This document shows, in pieces, positions 1 through 10,086 of a DNA stretch of 64,000 nucleotides (the first letter of the stretch is position 1; every line of letters starts with the position of its first letter). A program made the position numbers and the translations under genes. Under the pieces are notes generated by a model. It saw only the letters and a program-made list of their open reading frames with translations. It did not search any database and had not been told where the DNA came from. This DNA comes from Candidatus Aenigmatarchaeota archaeon (GTDB lineage: Archaea > Aenigmatarchaeota > Aenigmatarchaeia > QMZP01): NCBI GenBank assembly GCA_016783545.1, contig JADHWJ010000001.1, forward strand, positions 10,369 through 74,368, written 5' to 3'.

Positions 1-306
1 GCCGCCAAGCTCTTTCGCTAATTTGCATGTTTCTTCAAGGTCTTTTCCCTTCTGAAGGGTTTTTTCAACACCGTAAACAAGTATCTCCCCCTTTTCTGTT
101 CTTACTTCCTGTCCTACTATAACATTTATACCTATTGTTTTTGCAAGTTTCTTTCCTTCTAGTCCACCTTTAGTATTATTATGGTCTGTTATGCAGACGG
201 TGTTAAGTCCCATTCTCTTTGCTGTTCTTAGAAGATCTTCTATAGGAATTGAGCCGTCCTTTGAATGAATGCTATGCACGTGAAAATCTATTTTTAAGTT
301 TGCCAT
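1..306 (-). CDS. PHP-domain phosphoesterase; C-terminus runs off the window edge
   Basis: The reverse translation starts at the ATG at 304-306 and reads MANLKIDFHVHSIHSKDGS...VCITDHNN. The HxH and DH metal-binding motifs are typical of the PHP/histidinol-phosphatase fold. The frame is open to position 1. Confidence 0.6.
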   Translation of the reverse strand, partial: MANLKIDFHVHSIHSKDGSIPIEDLLRTAKRMGLNTVCITDHNNTKGGLEGKKLAKTIGINVIVGQEVRTEKGEILVYGVEKTLQKGKDLEETCKLAKELGG

Positions 307-357
307 AGTTACTATTTACATGATACCTTTTTAAGAATTTAATATACAATTATTCTT

Positions 358-1857
358 ATGGTTACCCTAGAAAATATACTGGATATTGCTAAAAGAAGGG
401 GATTCTTTTGGCAGAGCTGCTCTATTCATGGCGCTGTAGCAGGGTTTTATGACTATGGGCACCTAGGAGCGCTTCTTAGGAACAAATGGGAAGATCTTTG
501 GGGAAAAACCTTTCTTGGTCTAGATGATAATTTCTATGAGATTAAAACATCTGTTATAATGCCAGAAGCTGTATTCAAGGCATCTGGGCATCTTGCTAAT
601 TTCACTGACCCTATTGCAAAATGTAAGAAATGTGGCAATGTTATGAGAGCAGATCATATAATTGAAGATGTTTTGAAAGAAAGTTTTGAGGGTATAACAC
701 CTGAAGGTCTGACAGAACTGATAAAAAAGCATAATATAAAATGCAGCAAGTGTAAGAGCTCTTTGGAAAATGTAGAGTCATTTAACATGATGTTCCCACT
801 TGATGTTGGTGCAGGAAAAAGTACACAGAGATGCTATCCTTCTGCAGAGACAGCACAACAGGCTTATGTTAATTTCAAACAGGAGTTTGAAGCCCTTAGA
901 AGGAGACTGCCAATGGGTCTGGCAATAATTGGTAAGGCTTTTAGGAATGAGATTGCACCAAGAAATGCTCTGATAAGAATGAGAGAGTTCACACAGGCAG
1001 AGCTACAGATATTTTTTGATCCTGATACAATCAATGAACATCCAGACTTTAGTAAAGTGCAGAATTATAAACTTTCAATTCTTCCTGCAAAAGGCAAAAA
1101 GATAGTTGAGATAAACTGCAAGGATGCGCTGACAAAACTAAAGCTTCCTAAATTCTATGTCTATCATATGGCATTCGTGCAGAAATTTTATACAGATATA
1201 CTTGGGTTTCCAAAAGAAAAATTCAGGTTTAGAGAATTATCAGAAGAGGAAAGAGCATTTTACAATAGATATCATTTTGATATTGAACTGGATTTGGAAA
1301 GCCTTGGGGGTTTTAAAGAACTCGGTGGAATTCATTATAGAACAGATCATGATCTCAAAGGACATCAAGAAGTTTCTGGAGAAAAAATGGAAGTTAATAT
1401 TGAAGGCAAAAAGATCTTACCACACGTTCTGGAATTAAGCTTTGGTGTAGATAGAAATATGTATGCATTATTTGAGCTTGCTTATGTTGAGGAAAAAGAA
1501 AGAACTGTGCTAAAATTCCCAAGAATAGTCTCACCTTATGATGTAGCAGTATTCCCTCTTGTTAACAAGGAAAAGATGCCTGAAAAAGCAAGAGATGTTC
1601 AGAAGCTTTTAGCAGATGCTGGGTTCGTTGTTTTCTATGACAGTTCTGCAAGCATTGGTCGTAGGTATAGAAGAATGGATGAGATCGGTTGCCCTGCTGG
1701 AATCACAATAGATGGCGACACCATCAAAAATAACAGTGTCACAATCCGAGATAGAGATACAATGAAGCAGATCCGCATTAAGATAAAAGATCTGCCTGAA
1801 ATTCTCAAGTCGTTTTTATCCGGAGAGAAAATAGAGAAACTTGGCAAGTTGGTTTAA
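358..1857 (+). CDS. glyS: glycyl-tRNA synthetase, archaeal/eukaryal class II type
   Basis: A 499-aa ORF whose N-terminus RRGFFWQSCSIHGAVAGFYDYGHLG matches the class II GlyRS catalytic core. It carries a C-terminal anticodon-binding-like region. Confidence 0.88.
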   Translation: MVTLENILDIAKRRGFFWQSCSIHGAVAGFYDYGHLGALLRNKWEDLWGKTFLGLDDNFYEIKTSVIMPEAVFKASGHLANFTDPIAKCKKCGNVMRADHIIEDVLKESFEGITPEGLTELIKKHNIKCSKCKSSLENVESFNMMFPLDVGAGKSTQRCYPSAETAQQAYVNFKQEFEALRRRLPMGLAIIGKAFRNEIAPRNALIRMREFTQAELQIFFDPDTINEHPDFSKVQNYKLSILPAKGKKIVEINCKDALTKLKLPKFYVYHMAFVQKFYTDILGFPKEKFRFRELSEEERAFYNRYHFDIELDLESLGGFKELGGIHYRTDHDLKGHQEVSGEKMEVNIEGKKILPHVLELSFGVDRNMYALFELAYVEEKERTVLKFPRIVSPYDVAVFPLVNKEKMPEKARDVQKLLADAGFVVFYDSSASIGRRYRRMDEIGCPAGITIDGDTIKNNSVTIRDRDTMKQIRIKIKDLPEILKSFLSGEKIEKLGKLV

Positions 1858-1864
1858 GATTATT

Positions 1865-2584
1865 ATGGTAAAGGTTGCTGCTGCTCAAATAGAAGTTCTA
1901 GAAAATGTTAATAAAAACCTTGAAAAAATACTAACATATATAGATAAAGCAAAATCCAAGAATGTTGATATTGTTTGTTTTCCTGAAACATGTCTAAACC
2001 CAATAGAAGAGGGAAAAATTGATGTTTCAACACATGTCAAAGAAATTCAAAACAAATGTAAAGAAAAAGAAATTTATTGTATATTTGGTTCTTATGTTCC
2101 TGAAGGGAATAAGGCAAGAAATGTCACCTTTCTTGTTGATAGATCAGGTAAAATAATATTTGAATATGATAAGGTTCATCTCTGGATAAGTGAAAAAGGT
2201 AAAATTATACCAGGTAGTACAAATAAGGTTATTAATACAGACCTTGGTAAGGTTGGTATAATTAATTGTTGGGATTATGCATTCCCTACATTTATACAAC
2301 AACTTTCACGGAATGGTGCAAAGATTATTTTTGCTCCTTCTTATCTTGTTGGGTATAAAATGAATAAAGAGGTTTTACGAAAAGTGCCGTTAGTTAGAGC
2401 ATTTGAAAATATAGCATTTTACATATCTTGTGACGCATTTACAAATGAAACATTATCTGAAAGCTATATCTGTCATCCATTAAGAATTTTAAAGAAGATT
2501 GAAAAAAAGGAAGGATTGATTTTTGCTAATTTAGATATGGATAGAATAGATTCATTAAGAAAACATTTTGATCATTTAAAATAA
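1865..2584 (+). CDS. carbon-nitrogen hydrolase (nitrilase superfamily)
   Basis: MVKVAAAQIEV...VDIVCFPE...GIINCWD shows the Glu/Lys/Cys triad spacing typical of CN-hydrolases. I chose the start at 1865 (MVKV) to avoid overlapping glyS. Confidence 0.7.
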   Translation: MVKVAAAQIEVLENVNKNLEKILTYIDKAKSKNVDIVCFPETCLNPIEEGKIDVSTHVKEIQNKCKEKEIYCIFGSYVPEGNKARNVTFLVDRSGKIIFEYDKVHLWISEKGKIIPGSTNKVINTDLGKVGIINCWDYAFPTFIQQLSRNGAKIIFAPSYLVGYKMNKEVLRKVPLVRAFENIAFYISCDAFTNETLSESYICHPLRILKKIEKKEGLIFANLDMDRIDSLRKHFDHLK

Positions 2585-2614
2585 CGTTTATAAAACTTTT
2601 TAATAATTAATTTT

Positions 2615-3154
2615 ATGACAAGAGGGAGTTCTCCAAGAAAATATGCAGCACTAGTTTTTAACCCATTCAAAAAGAAACTTGGTTTTTGGCACAAAAGATT
2701 TCATAAAAAAGCACGGTTTTTTCGTACAACGGAAGGTGATGAATATTGCACTGGTTGTAGAAACTACGATCAAGTATGGATAGCTTATGGTTCAGATGAA
2801 TCTGTTTTTTCAGACTTTGAGCATGCAACACCAGAATCAATAATTCTTTTACCAGGGCAAGAAGTTGTTCGTTGTGTGTATTTTGATGAAAATTTTTATT
2901 TGGCTGGTTTAATGGGTGAACTTTTTTATGATGAAGAGGGTGAAATCGGAAATAGGGATGCAATATTTGGTTCATGGTACAATGGACTTCCAGAAAGCAA
3001 TCGCTACCATGGTTTTGATACAGAAGCCTCTGCTTATACAATGGCAAATCACAAACATAGAGGTGTTATAGCAGAGCTTTTTGACAGGCACTTTGAAGCC
3101 AAACCTGGTGCAAGGTCTCTTTCACCAGAAGAATGTCAAGCAATTTCTATTTAA
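2615..3154 (+). CDS. hypothetical protein
   Basis: A 179-aa ORF with ordinary amino-acid composition and no motif I recognise. The antisense ORF at 2667-3047 is His/Leu-rich and less plausible. Confidence 0.3.
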   Translation: MTRGSSPRKYAALVFNPFKKKLGFWHKRFHKKARFFRTTEGDEYCTGCRNYDQVWIAYGSDESVFSDFEHATPESIILLPGQEVVRCVYFDENFYLAGLMGELFYDEEGEIGNRDAIFGSWYNGLPESNRYHGFDTEASAYTMANHKHRGVIAELFDRHFEAKPGARSLSPEECQAISI

Positions 3155-3789
3155 ATCTTCTCAGTAAGTAAAAAATTTCCAATATGAACTTTACTAGTAG
3201 GCATCTGAATTGTTTTGGCTTCGAGTATTTTGAAATGTTGGCTAAACAACTCTTTGACTTCATTCAGACTTGAAAAATAAAGTTCTTGTCCTGCCATTCT
3301 TGATTCAGATGGTGCTACTCTATGCTTTATTCCTGGCTCGCCCAGATGAGAATCCTGGTCATTAAAACATACTGAGAGATACTTTCCACCTTCGTTCAAT
3401 ATGTCTGAAATTTTCTTTTCATACTTCTCCCTTTCTTTAGGCATTAATCCATGAAGTATGGCCCACTCAAAAACAAAGTCAAAGCTTTCTTTTAATTCAT
3501 TTACATTCATAGCATCCATCACAAGAAATCTGATATTTACTCCTACTTTCTTTGCATTCTCTTTTGCATTTTTTATAGCTCTTTCTGAAAAATCAATTCC
3601 AAGAACATCAAACCCCTTTGAGGCAAGATAGATAGAATAGAATCCATCTCCGCAACCAATATCAATAACTTTGCATGGTTTGATTTTTCTAGACTCAATT
3701 AACTCAACTAATTGTTTAGGTGGCTTTTCTAATGTCCAAGGTGCATTGTTGTTTTCATATACCTTATCAAAAAATTTCTTTTCAATCAT
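3151..3789 (-). CDS. class I SAM-dependent methyltransferase
   Basis: VIDIGCGDGFYSIYLA is the glycine-rich SAM-binding motif I. It is followed by the acidic motif II (GIDFSE) and motif IV. Confidence 0.7.
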   Translation of the reverse strand: MIEKKFFDKVYENNNAPWTLEKPPKQLVELIESRKIKPCKVIDIGCGDGFYSIYLASKGFDVLGIDFSERAIKNAKENAKKVGVNIRFLVMDAMNVNELKESFDFVFEWAILHGLMPKEREKYEKKISDILNEGGKYLSVCFNDQDSHLGEPGIKHRVAPSESRMAGQELYFSSLNEVKELFSQHFKILEAKTIQMPTSKVHIGNFLLTEKI

Positions 3790-3811
3790 ATAACATCATT
3801 TTGAATTTCGG

Positions 3812-4753
3812 TTATATAACCTGCAATGCAACGAAAACCGCATAAATAACTAACAAAATCACACCTTCTTTTTTTGTGATCTTTCTCTTTGTTCTCATGA
3901 AGAATATCAATATCACTGGCAACAAAATGAATATTGGCATACTTATCAGAAATGCCTTATGGCTTATGCTAATTGGAACCAAAAAACTTGCAAGTGCTAT
4001 CCCAAAGATATTGAATATATTACTTCCGATTATATTACCTAATGATATACCATGCATTTTCTTGAAAGCCGCCACAACAGAAGTTGCAATTTCTGGCAGA
4101 CTTGTTCCTACTGCCACAGCTATTATTGCAATCATAAATTCTGGTATGCCCAAAATGGCTGAGATGTCAAGAACAGAATTGACAAGAAGTATTGACCCGA
4201 CAACAATCATTCCTGCGCCAAATACACTAATTGATATGTCTCTGACGGTTTCCTTTTTAGATATTATTTTGCAGAAATTTTTTGTCTTGCTGATCCCGCC
4301 TCTGGAATTCTTAACATAAAGCAAAAAGATAAACATAACCATAAGCAAAATAACACCAGAATACCATGTTATGCCAGCAAACAAAAGAACTGCAAAAATG
4401 CCTGATAACAACAACATGAAATAGCCTTCATCGATATATGTTTTCTTCATTAACATGGATCTTGAAAGTACAGCAAGCCCTAAAACAAGACCTATGTTGG
4501 CTATGTTAGAACCTATCACTGTTCCTGAAGCAATGTCTATCGGTGTGTTCGTAGAGACCACCTGACTGGCTGCTGATACAATGGAAACAGATATCTCAGG
4601 TATGGATGTTGTGAAAGCTACAAAAGTAATTCCTATCATGAACTCTGATATTCCACATTTTTTTGCTATCTTTGATGCATATTCTGTTATATAATCAGCA
4701 CCTTTTACTAAAAGAACAAGGCCTGCAATGAAAAGCAGCAAAGGCATTATCAT
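3812..4753 (-). CDS. Na+/Ca2+ exchanger family (CaCA, YrbG-like) membrane protein
   Basis: About 10 TM segments with the duplicated alpha-repeat signatures GSNIANIGLVLG and GTSLPE / GNIIGSNIFNI. Confidence 0.75.
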   Translation of the reverse strand: MIMPLLLFIAGLVLLVKGADYITEYASKIAKKCGISEFMIGITFVAFTTSIPEISVSIVSAASQVVSTNTPIDIASGTVIGSNIANIGLVLGLAVLSRSMLMKKTYIDEGYFMLLLSGIFAVLLFAGITWYSGVILLMVMFIFLLYVKNSRGGISKTKNFCKIISKKETVRDISISVFGAGMIVVGSILLVNSVLDISAILGIPEFMIAIIAVAVGTSLPEIATSVVAAFKKMHGISLGNIIGSNIFNIFGIALASFLVPISISHKAFLISMPIFILLPVILIFFMRTKRKITKKEGVILLVIYAVFVALQVI

Positions 4754-4759
4754 GGATTA

Positions 4760-5086
4760 TTATTTGTTTTTCTTCAACTTAAGTATGGCTTCTGCAAGGT
4801 CGCCATTAGTTTCTTCTAACGCCTGCTTGGCTTCCTCTTCAGAGACACCGGTCTGTTCTGCAACTGTTTTCACATCTTCTTCTGGTACACCCGATTCCCT
4901 TTCAGAAATCTCACCTGTTATCTGGAAGCTTTCCTGTCCCATCATGTTAAGCCTTGCAACATTTGGATTTGATATTACTATCTCTTTTTCTGCAGTCTTA
5001 ATTATAACTTCCTCTGCCTCTATCTCCTCTGTCTGTAAGCCCATTTTCTTTGCCATTTTTTCTATTTGTTTAGGATTTAATTTCAT
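4760..5086 (-). CDS. nac: nascent polypeptide-associated complex protein (archaeal NAC alpha)
   Basis: 108 aa with an N-terminal NAC-domain core (MKKMGLQ...VIIKT...VISNPNV) and a C-terminal UBA-like helix (EEEAKQALEETNGDLAEAILKL). Confidence 0.75.
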   Translation of the reverse strand: MKLNPKQIEKMAKKMGLQTEEIEAEEVIIKTAEKEIVISNPNVARLNMMGQESFQITGEISERESGVPEEDVKTVAEQTGVSEEEAKQALEETNGDLAEAILKLKKNK

Positions 5087-5216
5087 AGATATTTTTTAGG
5101 GTTTAGGTTTATAAAACAAGAGCAGCTGGATATATATAAATTATTTATATATTTCACAAAATATATTTTCCTGTTAGGTCTGTCTATTTATTATTTTTTT
5201 TGTAAAAGATATTCGC

Positions 5217-7856
5217 ATGTTAATTCAAATTCTTGATGTTGATTATGTAATGGTTGATGATAAGCCTGTTATAAGAATATTTGGAAAGAATGGAGCAGGG
5301 GAAGCAGTTTGCGGGTTTTATGAAGGGTTTCTACCATATTTTTATGTTGCTGGGGAAAATGCTGAAGAGGTATTGAAAGATGAAGACCTTAATTTTGAAA
5401 AAGTTAAAAGGAATATTATACTGAAGCACGTGCCTCAAGACGTTTTTAAAATTACACTAAAAGATCCATCAAAAACCCCTGAAATCAGGGATAGGTTAAG
5501 ATCAAAGGGTTTGAAACCATACGAGGCTGATATACTTTTTAAATATAGATTTATGTCTGATATGGGCATCAATGGAATGAACTGGATTGATATAACAGGA
5601 CCTGGTATACAGACAGAAAGTGTTTCAATCAACAAAATAATTCAAATAAAGAAAATGAAAGCTGTTGAGAAGACTGGGAATGCCGACCTTAAAACATTGG
5701 CATTCGACTTAGAATGTGTTTCAAATAGAGGGGGCATACCTGAGGCAAAGAGGGATCCTATTGTCATGATATCAATACTTTTTAGTCATGATTATAAAGG
5801 TACGGATAGGATGCTTCTCAGTACAAGGTCTGGAAAAGGTGTAACATATTTTGAAACCGAAAAGGCAATGTTGGAAACATTCATTAAGATTGTCAATGAT
5901 TTTGATGCTGATATTTTAACAGGCTATAACTGCAATAACTTTGATTTTCCTTATACACTAGAAAGAATGAGACAAAACGGTATAAGGGCTATTTTCGGAA
6001 GATGTAAACAAAAAACAGTATTTGCAAAAAGTATTGGTAATAGGCATAAAGTTTATATGACAGGAAGAATGATTGTTGATAGTTATACTATTGTAAAAAA
6101 GGATTTCTCGTTGGTGCGATATGATCTTGGAACTGTTGCAAAAAATCTGTTAAATGAAGAGAAAATTGATGTCAAGCATTCTGAAATCGAAACACTTTGG
6201 AGAGGAAATGATATTGAATTTGAAAGGCTTGCAAAATATGCCATGAGGGATTCTGTTCTTGCGATAAATCTTCTTAGAAAGCTTGATCTTACAAGTAAAT
6301 ATATAGCTCTTTCAAAGATATCCGGTACTCTATTACAGGACACACTTGATGGTGGAGAGACACTTAGGATTGAAAATTATCTTTTAAGAGAGTTTAATAA
6401 AAAAAAATATATATTTCCATGCAAACCAGAACCAGAAGAAATGGGCAGAAGAATGAGGGAAAGGGAAGAAAATTTCTTAAAAGGTGGATATGTTATAGAA
6501 CCAAAGAAAGGTCTGCATTCAAACGTGGTTGTATTAGACTTCAAATCAATGTATCCGTCCATAATCAATACATTTAACATATGTCCAACAACATTGACCA
6601 GAGAAAACGGCGATGATGTGATAAAATCACTGTCAGGTGCAATGTTCTGCAAAAAATCTGTTAAAAAGGGTATAGTTCCTGATGTTCTTGAAAATTTAAT
6701 GAAAAGCAGACAGGCTGTTAAAATGCAGATGAAAAAAGAAACTGATAAGGAAATCATACGGGTTCTAGATGCCCAGCAATGGGCATTGAAGATTATGGCA
6801 AACGCATTTTACGGATATCTTGGTTACCTAAGGGCAAAAGCATACTATATCGACATAGCGAATTCTGTTACATCTTATGGGAGAAATCTTATTCAAAATA
6901 CCTCAAAATCCATTAAAAAAATGGGCTACGAAATCATATACGGTGATACAGATTCTGTAATGGTTCAATCAAAAAAAATAGAACTTGATGATATAGAAAA
7001 GGAAATGGTGAAAATTGTTGATATTATAAATAAAGATCTTGAAGGCATACTTGAACTTGAGTTTGAAAAAATATTCAAAAGATTTTTACCGTTCACTAAA
7101 AAAAGATATGTTGCTTTATGTTTTGAAAGGGATGGTGATAAATGGAAAGAAAAGATGGAAATGAAAGGTGTGGAGACTGTCAGAAGGGACTGGTGCGAAC
7201 TTACATCAGAAACTATGAAGAGGATTGTTGAGATTCTTTTAAAAGAGAATGATGTTAAGGGGGCGGTTAACCACTTTAAAAATGTTATTGGGAAACTTAT
7301 GAAAGGTGAAATAGCTGTGCAAAAACTTGCTGTTACAAAATCCATGTCAAAGTCTCCTGAAAGATATGTAGGCATGCAACCGCACATAGAACTTGTGAAA
7401 AAAATACGAAAAAGAAGCCCTGAGGAAACACCTGGAATCGGCGATAGAATACCTTATGTTATTGTCAAGGGTCTTGGCCTTCTTTCAAAAAGAGCTGAAG
7501 ATCCTATGTATGTAATTGAACATGGCATACAGGTTGACTCTTCATATTATATTGAGAATCAACTTCTTCCACCATTGGAAAGGATATTCACCAGCCTAGG
7601 AATTTTCAAGTCAGAACTTATGGGCAATGGCAAACAGATGGGAATAATGGATGCTATTAAAAATCATGTAAAAGCTGCGAAAGAAACTGAAAAGGAAAAA
7701 GAAATAATAATTTCATCAAAGGAAATGAACGGGTTTGTATGTTCAAAATGCAATGACTTCCATAGAAGGGTTCCACTAGTGGGTGTATGTGAATGCGGCG
7801 GAGAGTTTTTGTTTTCCAGCCCCAAAGGCACTGCCACAACGATTGTTGCTGGGTAG
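5217..7856 (+). CDS. polB: family B DNA polymerase with an extra C-terminal C4 zinc-ribbon extension
   Basis: The N-terminus ILDVDYV..KPVIRIFGK is like archaeal PolB. Exo motifs FDLE and YNCNNFDFPY are present, as are pol motifs SMYPSII (motif A) and YGDTDS (motif C). After the conserved end near YIENQLLPPLERI there are about 90 extra residues containing CSKCNDFHRRVPLVGVCECGG. Confidence 0.9.
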   Translation: MLIQILDVDYVMVDDKPVIRIFGKNGAGEAVCGFYEGFLPYFYVAGENAEEVLKDEDLNFEKVKRNIILKHVPQDVFKITLKDPSKTPEIRDRLRSKGLKPYEADILFKYRFMSDMGINGMNWIDITGPGIQTESVSINKIIQIKKMKAVEKTGNADLKTLAFDLECVSNRGGIPEAKRDPIVMISILFSHDYKGTDRMLLSTRSGKGVTYFETEKAMLETFIKIVNDFDADILTGYNCNNFDFPYTLERMRQNGIRAIFGRCKQKTVFAKSIGNRHKVYMTGRMIVDSYTIVKKDFSLVRYDLGTVAKNLLNEEKIDVKHSEIETLWRGNDIEFERLAKYAMRDSVLAINLLRKLDLTSKYIALSKISGTLLQDTLDGGETLRIENYLLREFNKKKYIFPCKPEPEEMGRRMREREENFLKGGYVIEPKKGLHSNVVVLDFKSMYPSIINTFNICPTTLTRENGDDVIKSLSGAMFCKKSVKKGIVPDVLENLMKSRQAVKMQMKKETDKEIIRVLDAQQWALKIMANAFYGYLGYLRAKAYYIDIANSVTSYGRNLIQNTSKSIKKMGYEIIYGDTDSVMVQSKKIELDDIEKEMVKIVDIINKDLEGILELEFEKIFKRFLPFTKKRYVALCFERDGDKWKEKMEMKGVETVRRDWCELTSETMKRIVEILLKENDVKGAVNHFKNVIGKLMKGEIAVQKLAVTKSMSKSPERYVGMQPHIELVKKIRKRSPEETPGIGDRIPYVIVKGLGLLSKRAEDPMYVIEHGIQVDSSYYIENQLLPPLERIFTSLGIFKSELMGNGKQMGIMDAIKNHVKAAKETEKEKEIIISSKEMNGFVCSKCNDFHRRVPLVGVCECGGEFLFSSPKGTATTIVAG

Positions 7857-7858
7857 AA

Positions 7859-8374
7859 TTATCTTGTTAACCAAAGCTGAACCATTTTCCTTAAAGCAAG
7901 TCTATTACCTTCTCTTATATCAACATCCATTGTTTTTTCGACTACTTCACTTATTTCTTCATCAAGTCTTGGATCATAATGAGTAAAGTCATTAACTCCA
8001 GAATCATCAATAGCTAAAGTAACCTTTCTATGGATATCTAAATCTGTGCCCGCCCGCCTAGTAAAATTAAAATCATATAAATCAAAAGTGAAAAAATCAT
8101 GCACACCCATATACTCACCTGGTTTTGTAACGAACTGTCCTCTTGGTAACTTAACAGTAGGCGAAGTGATACTTACTCTGAGAACAATATATTTTCCTCT
8201 AACTGTTCTACTTTCATATACTGTTTCTGCTTCACCAAAATTATCTTCTTCAATTTTATTTTCAAAGAATATGTCTTCAGGCGTCTTTCCTCTTTCAGCT
8301 GCCATATCAATATAGTCTCGTATTGAATCTGGATATCCTAACATAGATAATGGTGCTAGATCTTTTCCTGGCAT
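7859..8374 (-). CDS. hypothetical protein
   Basis: A 171-aa ORF that sits tail-to-tail with polB. I recognise no family. Confidence 0.35.
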   Translation of the reverse strand: MPGKDLAPLSMLGYPDSIRDYIDMAAERGKTPEDIFFENKIEEDNFGEAETVYESRTVRGKYIVLRVSITSPTVKLPRGQFVTKPGEYMGVHDFFTFDLYDFNFTRRAGTDLDIHRKVTLAIDDSGVNDFTHYDPRLDEEISEVVEKTMDVDIREGNRLALRKMVQLWLTR

Positions 8375-8971
8375 AACAATATTTTCTTTCTTTGATTTTT
8401 ATTCTTTTCTGAATGAATTATGCTTTTATACCATGTTAACCACTTTTATTATGGATATTACATACATGCGCATAGAACAAACACTTTTCCCTAGTAGTGA
8501 AAACTATATGCCAGACTTTTCAAAAACTTCTAAAGCATGCACTTATTTTCCATTTTTAATCATGCAAAAGATGGTCTTTACAAGAAAAGCTGCCCAAATT
8601 GAAAGAGATAAAGATGAAGAAAAAGGGTTCTGCTGGGAGGACTGCGACATTGAGGAATGTCCTACATACCAAGCTGAAAGAAAGGAATGACGCTTAAAAA
8701 ACTTTTATTTAATCTATTCTATGAAACATATAAAATTGTACCTGAAAGAACCTATTGATGCAGGTCGTATCAATAATTTATTATTAAAATCATTATGTTC
8801 TCTTGGAAGTTTTGATTACACAGAAGATGAAGGTCACACTGCAACAGCAACCACTAACAACTCTTTTTATGAAGATCTTGAAAGGTATAGAGGCAGTATA
8901 TTCTCAAAAATGGAAGTAACTGATCTATCTGGTGAAGAATAGATTTTTAGAAAGATGGAAAAGAATTCAAA

Positions 8972-9223
8972 ATGTCAAAATCATATTTCACCGAGAGAAT
9001 GTCAATTAATCAAGAGGAAATCGTATCAAAAATTAAATGTCCTGTTCTTATTATTCATGGCGATCAAGATGAATCTGTGCCTCTGGATCAATCAAAAAGC
9101 GCTATGAAATACCTATCAAATAATTCAAAATTAGAAATAGTAGAGGACGGAGATCACAGACTGAATGAAAAAATTAATATAATTGTTCCTCTTTCTGTTA
9201 ACTGGTTTAAGAAATATATCTGA
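8972..9223 (+). pseudogene. C-terminal remnant of an alpha/beta-hydrolase (dienelactone hydrolase / S9 peptidase-like)
   Basis: The 83-aa ORF carries PVLIIHGDQDESVP...GDHRL, the Asp and His ends of an a/b-hydrolase triad. The nucleophile-elbow part is missing. The two short ORFs just upstream (8433-8690 and 8721-8942) show no hydrolase motifs. Confidence 0.4.
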
Positions 9224-9256
9224 GATTTATTAACAAACTTAACCAATTATTCTATA

Positions 9257-9733
9257 ATGACACCAATAAGAATCCTCAAGCTTTTGATATCAATAATAGT
9301 GGCTGAGGTAGCCGGGTCAATAGGCTCTATATTTACAATGCCTTCACTGCCAACATGGTATGCCTCTCTTGCAAAGCCATGGTTCACGCCACCTAACTGG
9401 GTTTTTGCTCCTGTATGGACAATACTTTTCGCTCTAATGGGAATATCGGCATGGATAATCTGGGATAAAGGACTTGATAAAAAAGGAATAAAAGAAGCTC
9501 TGTTCTTCTTTGATGTTCAGTTCATATTAAATATATTATGGTCTTTTCTTTTCTTTGGATTAAGAAATCTATTATATGCTTTGATAGAAATAATAATTTT
9601 ATGGATTGCAATTGCACTAACAATATGGAAGTTCTATAAGATAGATAAAAGAGCAGCATATATTATGCTTCCATATATAGCGTGGGTATGTATTGCACTA
9701 GCACTCAACTTAGGAATAGTTTTATTGAATTAA
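9257..9733 (+). CDS. tspO: TspO/MBR family tryptophan-rich sensory protein
   Basis: LAKPWFTPPNWVFAPVWTILFALMGISAWIIW matches the TspO signature. Five TM helices are predicted. Confidence 0.8.
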   Translation: MTPIRILKLLISIIVAEVAGSIGSIFTMPSLPTWYASLAKPWFTPPNWVFAPVWTILFALMGISAWIIWDKGLDKKGIKEALFFFDVQFILNILWSFLFFGLRNLLYALIEIIILWIAIALTIWKFYKIDKRAAYIMLPYIAWVCIALALNLGIVLLN

Positions 9734-10086
9734 GGAAAGGGAACATCATCGTCATCAAATTTGTCCCATATTATAGCTCTTGCAGCTGATCTAACTCCTT
9801 CTCTAACTGCATCATTATATCCAGGCTGCACACCATCACGTTCTTCACGTTCACGATATGTTTCTATTCGTTCCTGAACATAATCAGCCATTTTACCAAC
9901 TCTCCAATCTCTATAAAATCCGTTTGCAATATTTCTATGATGAGCAATTGCATAGTAAACTTCGTCCATTAATTTTGGAAGAATTCTTTCTCCGGTTCTC
10001 AGTAACATCTGATCTCTTAACTCTTCAACCAATAGATGAATATAACTGATTTCTTCTGCAGCTCTCTCTACAACTTCAGGTGTCAT
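9730..10086 (-). CDS. hypothetical protein (Arg-rich, acidic C-terminus)
   Basis: 118 aa. Codon and amino-acid usage are GC-richer and more Arg-rich than the neighbouring genes. The C-terminus is FDDDDVPFP. Confidence 0.35.
   Translation of the reverse strand: MTPEVVERAAEEISYIHLLVEELRDQMLLRTGERILPKLMDEVYYAIAHHRNIANGFYRDWRVGKMADYVQERIETYREREERDGVQPGYNDAVREGVRSAARAIIWDKFDDDDVPFP

Noticed and set aside
2667-3047. Minus-strand 126-aa ORF antisense to the ORF at 2615-3154
   Set aside because: It is His/Leu/Gln-rich and low-complexity. The sense ORF has more protein-like composition. I kept only the plus-strand call, at low confidence.
3876-5099. Plus-strand ORFs 3876-4319 and 4728-5099 overlapping the cation-exchanger and NAC genes
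   Set aside because: They are antisense to confidently recognised genes (CaCA antiporter, NAC alpha) and show no features of their own.
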